Assembly (NCBI GenBank): GCA_965231105.1
Contig: OZ246417.1
Span: 640,908-704,907 of the forward strand
DNA: 64,000 nt
Reading direction: 5' to 3'
From: an uncultured Candidatus Saccharibacteria bacterium
GTDB lineage: Bacteria > Patescibacteriota > Saccharimonadia > Saccharimonadales > JACDBH01
In this document: piece by piece, positions 16,757 through 25,077 of the stretch
Position numbering within the stretch: position 1 is the first letter of the stretch
Layout of the letters: every line of letters begins with the position of its first letter
Notes under the pieces: generated by a model
Told to the model about the DNA's origin: nothing
The model's database searches: none
Seen by the model: only the letters and a program-made list of their open reading frames with translations
Position numbers and translations under genes: made by a program

Positions 16757-18853
16757 TTAGTAGTAGAACCAGCGTTCGGTTGCCTTTGTATCGGTCACAT
16801 CCGTAATTTTTTTCGCGTCACCACCATTAACACTCATAACAAAGTCTGCCGTTTCCCGGCTATCACTAACTCGAAATACGAGCAGCGTTGGGCTCAACCA
16901 ATAAAGCGGCGTCTTTATGCCGGTTTTTGTGAGAAGTGTCGCGTCCTTATCGGTAGCTTTATCGTAGTTAAGTAGCACCCCCTTACCATCGCGCTCATCA
17001 ATCCATGCGCTTGTTTTACCGTCTGGCCCATCGGTGTAGAATCTGCTGTAGGTTGCAGCAAGACTGTTAGGAGTAACTGTTGTACCACCAAGTTTATGGC
17101 CAAACCATCCGCCCTCCGCGCTGAGCGTGAGCGTATCATAGGAAGTTCTAAATATAGTCCACACAGGCTTATCATAAATCGTTGTGACAGCCGTACCATC
17201 AGGTTGTACACTAAAGAGCCCTGACTTAGGGGGATCTTGGAAATCTGCCGATGGTGCATAGTAAATCTTATTACCGATCATGAGCACATCGTTAAAGTAG
17301 TTGGTAGCATACAGCTCTTTCGGCGTCGAGCCAGTTGAAGGACTATAACTCATTAAACGATTGCGCTTTGGATTGGCCGCACTCGCACCTGCAGCAATTT
17401 TTACATATGAAATACGACCATCATCCGACCAACCGATAAGCTGGACCTGCTCAGACTGATCAACCTTCGTAAGCGAACCATCTTTTATATTAATGGTATA
17501 AAGAGTGCTCAATAGATAACCATCGTTGTTGCGTACATTCTCACGCGTCGCAACAAAAGCCGCGTACTCACCACTTTTGTCTGGTAATAAGGCTAGATCG
17601 CTTCGCTCAATGCCTGTTCCCGTAACTATTTTCTTTTCATTTTTGCCGTCTGCATCAATCGTATAGACATCGTAATTGCCTGAGCGTTTTGAGACAAAGG
17701 CGTGCTTACGAGCCGTGACCATCTTTACGTTTTGCACCTCTTTATTGCCGGCTGCGATAGTAACTGTTTCGCTACGGTAATTAGCAGCTGTGATGTGAAT
17801 TTCTATCGGTTCATCATCGGCTTTGCCTGCAGTATCAAGCGTAAGAACGAGCTTACCCTCTTCGTCTCCAATCGCGTTACCCTCTCCACTTGTAGCCTCT
17901 GCTTTGTCGATTGGCTTGCCGCTAAAGTAGTCGGTCACGACAAAGCTATACTGCGTACCCACGGCGGATAAATTAAAGTCCCCTAAAGGATTGCTGCCCC
18001 ACCCAACTGTGATGGGCTTTCTCACTTCTTCAAAAGCTCGTTTTTCAATGATGAGTGTCGTCGCGCCAAGCTTTAAATGGTCTAATCTTGCAACACCCTC
18101 ACTATCTGTAAGTGCACTGACTCCAGCCGCAGAAACCTCTACATTTTTTAGAGGTTGCAGCGTACCGTTATCAATCACCTTCACGCTGAGTGAAGACCGT
18201 ACACCTACATTATTCAGGATAAAATAACGACTTGGCGGGATAAGAATGATCGCCAATACAATAAAGATAATTCCTCCGATAATTCCCCAACGAGCCCCGG
18301 GCTTTGCCCATACCCCTCTGAGCCAGTTTCGTAGTTTACCCTTCTTTGGTGGCTCTTTAAGAGTTTCACTGGTCTCAAGCTTCTCATCTTCTGCTGCCAG
18401 TACTTCATCACCCTCATGAGCAACAATATCTTGCACAGCCTTCACGCTAACTGCATCATCTTTATCCACACCCTCTGGCGGTTCTGGTTCTTCAGAAGTT
18501 TCAGGAGGAGTTGATGGCGTGGGCGAAATCTCTACCGGCTCGGATTCAACGGGTGGAGGACCTGTCGGTTCAACAATATCACCTGCTTCTGTACCTTCTG
18601 GTAATTCATCAATTTTTGTAATGGTAGCATTACCGAGGTCAGGCGACATCGCCTTTAGTACCTCGTTTGCTTCTTCTGCTGCAGTCGTGAGACTTGGATC
18701 ACCTTCTTTCTTCTTTGAGGACTTCTTTTTGTCTTTCTTATTCTCAGGAGGGGCAAGACCTTCGTCCGGAAGCGGACCCATCATTTCGCGAATACGATCC
18801 ATGTCTACACTGCTATTTTGAGAGTCTTCAGATGTAGTGTTAGTTTTGCTCAT
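16757..18853 (-). CDS. Single-pass envelope protein with carboxypeptidase-regulatory-like fold and TolB/PD40-like beta-propeller region
   Basis: 698 aa. Acidic/Pro-rich N-terminal ~180 aa and TM (WGIIGGIIFIVLAIILI). An Ig-like segment follows (VKVIDNGTLQPLKNVEV..TDSEGVARL). PD40-like strands follow (RSGNYDVYTIDADGKNEKKIV). Confidence 0.55.
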   Translation of the reverse strand: MSKTNTTSEDSQNSSVDMDRIREMMGPLPDEGLAPPENKKDKKKSSKKKEGDPSLTTAAEEANEVLKAMSPDLGNATITKIDELPEGTEAGDIVEPTGPPPVESEPVEISPTPSTPPETSEEPEPPEGVDKDDAVSVKAVQDIVAHEGDEVLAAEDEKLETSETLKEPPKKGKLRNWLRGVWAKPGARWGIIGGIIFIVLAIILIPPSRYFILNNVGVRSSLSVKVIDNGTLQPLKNVEVSAAGVSALTDSEGVARLDHLKLGATTLIIEKRAFEEVRKPITVGWGSNPLGDFNLSAVGTQYSFVVTDYFSGKPIDKAEATSGEGNAIGDEEGKLVLTLDTAGKADDEPIEIHITAANYRSETVTIAAGNKEVQNVKMVTARKHAFVSKRSGNYDVYTIDADGKNEKKIVTGTGIERSDLALLPDKSGEYAAFVATRENVRNNDGYLLSTLYTINIKDGSLTKVDQSEQVQLIGWSDDGRISYVKIAAGASAANPKRNRLMSYSPSTGSTPKELYATNYFNDVLMIGNKIYYAPSADFQDPPKSGLFSVQPDGTAVTTIYDKPVWTIFRTSYDTLTLSAEGGWFGHKLGGTTVTPNSLAATYSRFYTDGPDGKTSAWIDERDGKGVLLNYDKATDKDATLLTKTGIKTPLYWLSPTLLVFRVSDSRETADFVMSVNGGDAKKITDVTDTKATERWFYY

Positions 18854-18896
18854 ATGAGTTTAAGCATAACAGAAATACGAAGTTATCTCGACTGCG

Positions 18897-19295
18897 CTAA
18901 CGGCTGTTGCGTCGCTTAGAGCGAGACTGTTTCTTTTTTCCTACTGGTTTCTTCTTTGGCCGCGCCGCTACAACGGGTGCACTCACCGGCTCAGGTACTT
19001 CAGAAACTTTCACTGGAGCAGCCTTAACCCATCTATAAAGTCGGGCGCTCAGAAGTACGAGAGCAAGAATAACAAGAATGAGTGGTAGATATGCCGTAGC
19101 AGAGGGTTCTTTAGCCGCTTCTGTGCGGATAGGCTCGCCGGTATTTACCACTTCGAGCGTTTGACTCTGACTCAACGCTTCTATACCTGCACTCTGCTGA
19201 AACTGGGTACTGTCGCTTGCACCGATACGAGGAGACGTAGTTTGAGGATTGGAGGTTTGCGTTACGGACTGAGTTTGGGAAAGGTCACTGTTCAT
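18897..19295 (-). CDS. Small single-pass membrane protein with Lys/Arg-rich tail
   Basis: 132 aa. Ser/Thr/Gln-rich N-terminus, TM AYLPLILVILALVLLSA, C-terminal KKKPVGKKKQSRSKRRNSR. Confidence 0.5.
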   Translation of the reverse strand: MNSDLSQTQSVTQTSNPQTTSPRIGASDSTQFQQSAGIEALSQSQTLEVVNTGEPIRTEAAKEPSATAYLPLILVILALVLLSARLYRWVKAAPVKVSEVPEPVSAPVVAARPKKKPVGKKKQSRSKRRNSR

Positions 19296-19338
19296 AGACT
19301 TCTATTATATACCCCTTTTAAGAACTTACAGCGAGCTC

Positions 19339-20001
19339 TTACTGTTGCATTGCCATCGTCACTGAAGGGTCTCTTAATTCACGCATATTAAACTTAATTC
19401 CTGCCGCACACTTTGGCCAAGATCCCGCTCCGCCGTCTGGATGGCGCAATAAGACTTCACCCATATATAACTGCTCGTAAAGTGTTGCCTGATAGGCAAA
19501 TGGAGCAAACTGTTCACCTCCAATTGCCCTCCATGTTCTTGGATGGAATTGTATTATCCCCGAATAGCCATTACCCGTATTTATATCCACCGTATTCTGA
19601 GACTCACAAGGACCAACCTCCTCCATCCATAGATCAAAATTTGGTATATCAAGTCCACCATGAATATCTGGATCCGATGGAGGCGGAGCTTCTGTGGGAG
19701 TAACCTGGATCGCTTCTCCACGCTCTGCCACAGCCGTACTATCAACTGTAGCGGCTTCTGATATTGCGTTTATAGGCAGTTCCGAGGTCGTGGTTGTTGC
19801 TTCAGGTAATTCAATTTGAATGACTGCCTGAGTTGCGTCATGTCCAAGTGCTTCAATGGTTGCTTCGGGTATATATGCAGCTTCCGGTGTACTTATAACA
19901 AGTCGTTCAGGTGGGGTTTCGGAAGAGCTCAGGGTGAGGGAACCAAGCGCTATCGATACTCCAACGCCCGCATATAATGTCTTTTTTACTTCACCTCGAA
20001 T
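19339..20001 (-). CDS. Secreted Rpf-like transglycosylase-domain protein; start extended upstream of the track call
   Basis: The C-terminal domain CESQNTVDINTGNGYSGIIQFHPRTWRAIGG matches the Rpf/transglycosylase-like signature. The frame stays open 90 codons upstream of the GTG at 19731 and encodes a signal peptide (KKTLYAGVGVSIALGSLTLSSS). The only start-like codon there is ATT 20001, 7 nt after AGAGAGGA. Confidence 0.65.
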   Translation of the reverse strand: MRGEVKKTLYAGVGVSIALGSLTLSSSETPPERLVISTPEAAYIPEATIEALGHDATQAVIQIELPEATTTTSELPINAISEAATVDSTAVAERGEAIQVTPTEAPPPSDPDIHGGLDIPNFDLWMEEVGPCESQNTVDINTGNGYSGIIQFHPRTWRAIGGEQFAPFAYQATLYEQLYMGEVLLRHPDGGAGSWPKCAAGIKFNMRELRDPSVTMAMQQ

Positions 20002-20078
20002 AGGCCTATCCTCTCTTTCTACTTTACCTAGTTAAAAGGAGAGTGTACCACATCATCTCTTTAAATCTGTGAGATTAC

Positions 20079-20999
20079 TTACCGTGCAACTATTCGATTA
20101 AGAGCGGTTCTAAGGATCTCCTTGCGAAGCATCATGGTGTGTGGCGTAGAAACTCCACCACTAAATGCCACATCAAAGAGACTTGTAAGCTTCGCTTGGG
20201 CATCAGGATTTTCGGCAAGAAAATAACTTCTATTTTCAGAAATACTTATGAGATTTAAGCCCCAGTCTTCTCCATACTCCGCCAAAACTCCTGCCATAAT
20301 CGCCTTGTCTTTTTGCAGGATTCGATGACCATTCCATACAACAAGCTGCCCAAAATAACGAGGGATTAACTCCGTTTCAGTTATTTCTTTTAAGTCATTC
20401 TTGATTGCATTTTCTAGATCAGCGTCTATAGCAGCTTCACATTCCGAGAAATAATCGGCAGCAAAAGTAGAGGGTAATTTTGCCTGCTGTTCTAATGCAT
20501 TAAACGCTGCTCGATCGCGATCCGTTGTAACAGCGGCAGTGAAATTAAGGGTATTGTCTAGTATGCCTGCCGCCAACAGTGCGGCGGTAGCTTTATCCAT
20601 TTGTTCGAGCAGCTCTGCCTTCTGCCAACGCTCAACAATCTGCGTACACGCTGCACCTACATGCTCAATCTGAGCTTTAGAGCCTAGCTTATCATTCCAG
20701 TACTGCTCGTGGCCGGGATGATGATCGATAACCTCTACTATGACGCCATTCTTAACGACGGGATCAAAGAAGCGTTCATTGGATGTGTCGATCACCACAA
20801 ACTGATCTTTATCTCCCTTTTTGTACAAACTCAGATTTTTCCCAAGGCGTCGTAAACTATCGGTTACACTGGCATTAAGCGGTGCAGTGCTCGAAGCAAT
20901 GGCATGTTCACCTTGAAGATTCAGCAATTCTGCATATGCAATGATGCTCGCGTACGCATCGATATCAATATATGCCGCACCTGCTGTAGCAACTATCAT
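20079..20999 (-). CDS. DHH-family phosphoesterase
   Basis: 306 aa. IDIDAYASIIAYAELL N-terminal motif, VIDTS, EVIDHHPGH (DHH). Confidence 0.7.
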   Translation of the reverse strand: MIVATAGAAYIDIDAYASIIAYAELLNLQGEHAIASSTAPLNASVTDSLRRLGKNLSLYKKGDKDQFVVIDTSNERFFDPVVKNGVIVEVIDHHPGHEQYWNDKLGSKAQIEHVGAACTQIVERWQKAELLEQMDKATAALLAAGILDNTLNFTAAVTTDRDRAAFNALEQQAKLPSTFAADYFSECEAAIDADLENAIKNDLKEITETELIPRYFGQLVVWNGHRILQKDKAIMAGVLAEYGEDWGLNLISISENRSYFLAENPDAQAKLTSLFDVAFSGGVSTPHTMMLRKEILRTALNRIVAR

Positions 21000-21001
21000 A
21001 C

Positions 21002-22315
21002 TTATGGAGCGAGTCTATTAATGTCTCGTGGGAAGAGCGTTGCCTCTTTAACGTTGTTTAAGCCAATTATCTTCTGTGTTAAGCGCTCGAGGCCCATACC
21101 AAACCCACCGTGCGGTGGCATGCCAGCCTGCATGGCCATAAGGAAATACTTAAAGCCTGGTGCTTCCGGATCGCCTTTTGCTTTTTCTTTCAGCTGCTTG
21201 AGTACTGTGGCGTGATCATTCTCGCGCATACTACCCGTTACGATCTCGACACCCCGGAATAGAAGATCGAAGCGATCAGCAAATTCTGGTTTGCCAGCCT
21301 GAGCCTTGTGGTAAAACTTCATTTCTGAGGCTGGCCAGTCCGTCACGAACACCGCTTCAGAACCCAGCTTTTTCTTCGCATATTCGCAGACCCATTTTTC
21401 TTCAGCTGGCATTAAATCTTTTTTATCAGTAATAGTCTCACCCGTGGCCTTTTCGTAGAGTTCATGTATCTCTGCCATAGAAATAGACGGGAAGACTTTT
21501 GTAAGGCTTGGCTTTGTTGCGTTTAGCCTCTTTAATTCTGCCTCGTGTTCTTTCCAAGTCGTGTCAACGACGGCATTAATAAGACCGCTCAAAAATGCTT
21601 TGATATCTTCAATCGTTACAAAACCCATTTCACCATCCACCGAGATGTACTCGGTCATGTGGCGGACAGTAGCGCTTGCCTCGGCACGATATACTGGTGC
21701 GATTTCAAAGACTCGCTCGAACACGCCTACCATCATTTGTTTGTAAAACTGAGGGCTCTGGGCAAGTGTTGCTTCTTGTCCAAAATAATCCATTTTAAAT
21801 ACTTCTGCTCCACCTTCGGTTGCGGCAGCAAGAAGCTTTGGTGTTTGGATTTCAGTAAATTCGTTTGAGTAGAAATAATCACGAATAGCCCGTGTAACCG
21901 TTGCACGAATTTTGAAAATTGATGTCTCTTGGAGATTCCTTAAAGAAACGACACGATACTCAAACAATGTATCGAGATTATCTGGCTTATGATCAATGGG
22001 CTTATCAATTTCAACGGCTGGAACATCAAGAATCGGTACTTTAACGTCCAGCTTAGCTTCGTGCAACTCAACGCCACCCGGAGCACGTTCTTCTTTTACA
22101 ACCTTACCTTCTATGGCAAGGACGGTGCCAATTTGTAAAGCACGGAGCTTTTCAACTTCATCTTTGTCCTCAACAACAACCTGCGTAACACCGCTTCGAT
22201 CGCGAACTAAGATAAAACTTAAACCACCCAAAAGCCGCTTCTTATGCAGCCAACCTTCAATCGTTACTGCTTTTCCAATGTGTGCAGCAACTTCTTTATG
22301 TAATGTGCGTGTCAT
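21002..22315 (-). CDS. aspS: Aspartate--tRNA ligase, type 2 (archaeal-like, probably non-discriminating)
   Basis: 437 aa. OB-fold N-terminus (GWLHKKRLLGGLSFILVRDRSG), class II motifs FRGVEIVTGSMRE and GMPPHGGFGMGLERL. The length fits the short type-2 enzymes. Confidence 0.85.
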   Translation of the reverse strand: MTRTLHKEVAAHIGKAVTIEGWLHKKRLLGGLSFILVRDRSGVTQVVVEDKDEVEKLRALQIGTVLAIEGKVVKEERAPGGVELHEAKLDVKVPILDVPAVEIDKPIDHKPDNLDTLFEYRVVSLRNLQETSIFKIRATVTRAIRDYFYSNEFTEIQTPKLLAAATEGGAEVFKMDYFGQEATLAQSPQFYKQMMVGVFERVFEIAPVYRAEASATVRHMTEYISVDGEMGFVTIEDIKAFLSGLINAVVDTTWKEHEAELKRLNATKPSLTKVFPSISMAEIHELYEKATGETITDKKDLMPAEEKWVCEYAKKKLGSEAVFVTDWPASEMKFYHKAQAGKPEFADRFDLLFRGVEIVTGSMRENDHATVLKQLKEKAKGDPEAPGFKYFLMAMQAGMPPHGGFGMGLERLTQKIIGLNNVKEATLFPRDINRLAP

Positions 22316-22373
22316 CGTATTTCCTTAATGTATGAGTTAGTTTGGTGGTTTTTGGTTCCGGGCTCTGAGCGCT

Positions 22374-22413
22374 ATGAATCAAACCGGCTTATAGCGCCAG
22401 CCCGTTGATTCAT
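22374..22413 (-). promoter_or_regulatory. Long imperfect hairpin in the aspS 5' leader with a competing alternative stem
   Basis: ATGAATCAA (22374-82) pairs with TTGATTCAT (22405-13) plus an inner 6-bp helix with one mismatch. GCGCTAT (22369-75) can instead pair with ATAGCGC (22391-97). Confidence 0.3.
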
Positions 22414-22442
22414 ATTATTATCAGCCAACCATTTCATCTCTG

Positions 22443-23459
22443 TTACTCTACCATATTTTCTTTATTTTGTTTACGATGGCTTTTCGCGGCACGAGCCGCA
22501 ACTTCACGCATATCATCATAGCGGTCAAACTCATCAATAATTAACTTACCGAGTATCTGCTCGATAACATCCTCGATTGTAATGAGGCCAACTGCTTCAG
22601 CGAATGAATTTACTACGACAAATAGGTGTTGTTTTGTTTTTAAAAATGCCTGCAAAACATCATCAAGCTCCCGGTCTTCATGCACAAAGTAGACTTTTGA
22701 TCGCATAACTTCTTTTACCAACGCATGCGATTTCATTTTCATCATGTCGTGTAGGTATAAGATGCCGACCATTTCCTTGCCATCTTCATTTAAAACAGGA
22801 AAGCGTGAATGCCCACTCTTATGAAGTTCGTCTAACACAACCGGGCTGAGTGTGTCGTTCACCTTTACTGCAGTCATAACACTACGTGGAGTCATAACAT
22901 CGTGGACGGTTTTATCTGAGAAGTTTAATGCGTGCTTTAGAATACGCAGTTCATCGGTTGATATGTCTGTATCTTCTGGCTCAACTTCAGTAATAAGTTT
23001 TGAGAGATCGGCTTTAGTGAGGGTAACGGGCTCTTCATCCAAAAAGCGATCAAAAATCCGACCAAGCGGAAGAGTAATTGGTTTGAGCAGCCGAGTTAAA
23101 AATAATAGTCCGCTACTAAAAAAGGTAAGGGCACGTAAACCGAATTGCTTAAGATAAAGCTGCGTTAAAACAATGAATGCTACAAAAAAGGCCGTTGATG
23201 CAAAGGCCCAGGCAATTAAAGTCGGCACCATATGAGCAAGCAAAATAAGGGCAGCGCTGATAATGAGAGCTCGCAAAAGTTCGATGGTAAGCATCGTTGC
23301 CGAACCTTGAGCTTTAAGTGGATATAGTTTTGTAGCCGTGGGATCTTTTTTGCGTCCCCAATGTCTCAAATGAGGGGTGGAGAGTGTTCCATATGCAGTT
23401 GCCATTGCAGTGAGACACAGCCCGGCAGCGGTAAGTAAAAGCAGAAGTAAGACGCTCAT
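22443..23459 (-). CDS. CNNM/DUF21 + CBS-pair membrane protein (CorC/TlyC-like)
   Basis: 338 aa. Four N-terminal TMs, then a CBS pair (VHDVMTPRSVMTAV.., VKEVMRSKVYFVHED..) and GLITIEDVIEQILG. Confidence 0.85.
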   Translation of the reverse strand: MSVLLLLLLTAAGLCLTAMATAYGTLSTPHLRHWGRKKDPTATKLYPLKAQGSATMLTIELLRALIISAALILLAHMVPTLIAWAFASTAFFVAFIVLTQLYLKQFGLRALTFFSSGLLFLTRLLKPITLPLGRIFDRFLDEEPVTLTKADLSKLITEVEPEDTDISTDELRILKHALNFSDKTVHDVMTPRSVMTAVKVNDTLSPVVLDELHKSGHSRFPVLNEDGKEMVGILYLHDMMKMKSHALVKEVMRSKVYFVHEDRELDDVLQAFLKTKQHLFVVVNSFAEAVGLITIEDVIEQILGKLIIDEFDRYDDMREVAARAAKSHRKQNKENMVE

Positions 23460-23548
23460 GGCTTTATTGTAGCATCAAGACAAGGAGTGGCACGTTTGGT
23501 CTAAATCAATTATTATGAGAGGACTAACGAGGGGATTTTGTAAAGCAT

Positions 23549-24193
23549 ATGAACAAACGTTTCATTGGCATTGTTATCGCGAGTATTTTACTTATTGCCG
23601 GGTTTATATGGGCCACCCAGCCTAAGGCTGATTCGCCATCGGGCGAAGGTGCAGCAAGTAACCATACCTATGGAGAGGGCGCAAAAGGCGTAACGCTTAT
23701 TGAATATGGTGATTTCCAGTGTCCCGCCTGTAGAGCGTATTACCCAATTGTTAAAGACTTAAAAGAAAAATTTAAAGCCGATATAACCTTCCAATTCCGT
23801 AACCTCCCCCTTGAACAGATTCACCAGAATGCACGAGCAGCAGCCCGCGCAGCCGAAGCAGCCGCTATGCAAGATAAGTTTTGGGAGATGCATGACGTTC
23901 TGTACGAAAACCAGGATGCCTGGAAAGACTCAAGCGATCCTTTAAGTATGTTTAATACTTACGCACAACAAATAGGCATAGCTGATACGAGCAAGTTTGC
24001 AAGTGATTATAGAAGCAGTGCGGTAAACGGCATCATCAATGCCGACCTTAAGGAAGCACAGAAGATAAGCGCAACCTCTACTCCGACCTTTGTGATTGAC
24101 GGCAGAAAGCTAACCGAAAATCCTAGAGACGCCGAAGCTTTCGATAAACTCATCGTTGACGCGATTGCTGCAAAAGCTGCACCTACGAATTAA
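23549..24193 (+). CDS. DsbA-family thiol:disulfide oxidoreductase, membrane-anchored
   Basis: 214 aa. N-terminal anchor IGIVIASILLIAGFIW, thioredoxin-fold active site FQCPACRAYYP. Confidence 0.85.
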   Translation: MNKRFIGIVIASILLIAGFIWATQPKADSPSGEGAASNHTYGEGAKGVTLIEYGDFQCPACRAYYPIVKDLKEKFKADITFQFRNLPLEQIHQNARAAARAAEAAAMQDKFWEMHDVLYENQDAWKDSSDPLSMFNTYAQQIGIADTSKFASDYRSSAVNGIINADLKEAQKISATSTPTFVIDGRKLTENPRDAEAFDKLIVDAIAAKAAPTN

Positions 24194-24226
24194 AAGCCAT
24201 CCTCAGCTTTAGGGACGGCTTTTAGA
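24192..24226. terminator. Hairpin between convergent units (terminator candidate)
   Basis: AAAAGCCATCC (24192-24202) pairs with GGACGGCTTTT (24213-24223). 11 bp with one mismatch, 10-nt loop. Confidence 0.45.
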
Positions 24227-24236
24227 AGGGACTTAC

Positions 24237-24329
24237 TTAGTAGTGTATAAACTGCTGCCATGGAGCGCGCTTAATGCGCACGGGCACTTGGCTTGGGCGA
24301 CTCGATACAATACGAACTTTGATAGGCAT
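24237..24329 (-). CDS. Orphan 30-aa basic small ORF (may instead be part of a non-coding RNA)
   Basis: Own translation: MPIKVRIVSSRPSQVPVRIKRAPWQQFIHY. A GGAGAG SD lies 5 nt upstream of the ATG. It sits between a strong promoter and the hairpin at 24192-24226. Confidence 0.3.
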   Translation of the reverse strand: MPIKVRIVSSRPSQVPVRIKRAPWQQFIHY

Positions 24330-24452
24330 GATAGCTCTCCATACCTAGCTCTACACCAACCAAAAAGCTGGTTATATGCTATGTTTTTTTATTTTTGTTA
24401 ATTTTTATTTCCTAGGTGTGGCTCTCGCCTTCCACTCCAAAGATATGCGAGC

Positions 24453-24482
24453 AGTATACGTGCCGGTTATGCTTAGTGTCAA
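24453..24482 (-). promoter_or_regulatory. Near-consensus sigma-70 promoter facing the orphan small unit
   Basis: The minus strand reads TTGACA (24482-24477), an 18-nt spacer, then TATACT (24458-24453). It lies immediately after the stop of the iron-permease gene. Confidence 0.45.
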
Positions 24483-24497
24483 CAAGATTTTTTGTAG

Positions 24498-25001
24498 TTA
24501 TTTCTTATCTGTGTGGTCACTAAAAGGATTAAGCATATCAACCACTTTCTCAGCCACACTCATCCCTTTATTTAAACCGTATTTACGCCGCTGTTCATGA
24601 GCAGTCTGAATCTTTTTATGAAGCTTATTAAGTGTGGGGTTAGGGGTCTTGTATGTTTCGTGAATTTTTTTGAATTCATCATCAAGCCACTGCAACTCTT
24701 CATCGCTCATGTCTTCTATATCTATAAGAGAATCTCGACCTCGACCTGCGCGAAGCAGCTCATCGAGCTTTAAATGCATAGCCTTACTATCTCGATTCTG
24801 GGTATTCTGAATTAAAAAGACCATTAAAAAAGTAACGATAGTTGTTCCAGTATTTATAACCAGCTGCCAGGTGTTAGAGAAATTAAATAAGGGACCAGTT
24901 ATTGCCCACACAATAACAATAGTAAGAGCCGCTAAAAATGCACTTGAGTGACCGGCAGCCAACGAAACCTTCGAGGCAATCCTTCTAAATACTTCTTTCA
25001 T
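24498..25001 (-). CDS. Low-affinity iron permease family protein
   Basis: FSNTWQLVINTGTTIVTFLMVFLIQNTQNRDSKAMHLKLDELLRA is the family signature as I remember it. I prefer ATG 25001 (MKEVFRR) because the track start at 25151 would overlap the divergent antiporter gene. Confidence 0.75.
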   Translation of the reverse strand: MKEVFRRIASKVSLAAGHSSAFLAALTIVIVWAITGPLFNFSNTWQLVINTGTTIVTFLMVFLIQNTQNRDSKAMHLKLDELLRAGRGRDSLIDIEDMSDEELQWLDDEFKKIHETYKTPNPTLNKLHKKIQTAHEQRRKYGLNKGMSVAEKVVDMLNPFSDHTDKK

Positions 25002-25077
25002 ACTTATAGATAATACTCGTTTTTGGCGTATTCTGCTTATACTTGTAAAATAATAGTGGAACTCACTTTTAATAAAC

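Noticed and set aside
22316-22442. T-box riboswitch upstream of aspS
   Set aside because: The leader is only 127 nt. I cannot find the T-box consensus (AGGGUGGUACCGCG-like), a specifier loop or a terminator U-run.
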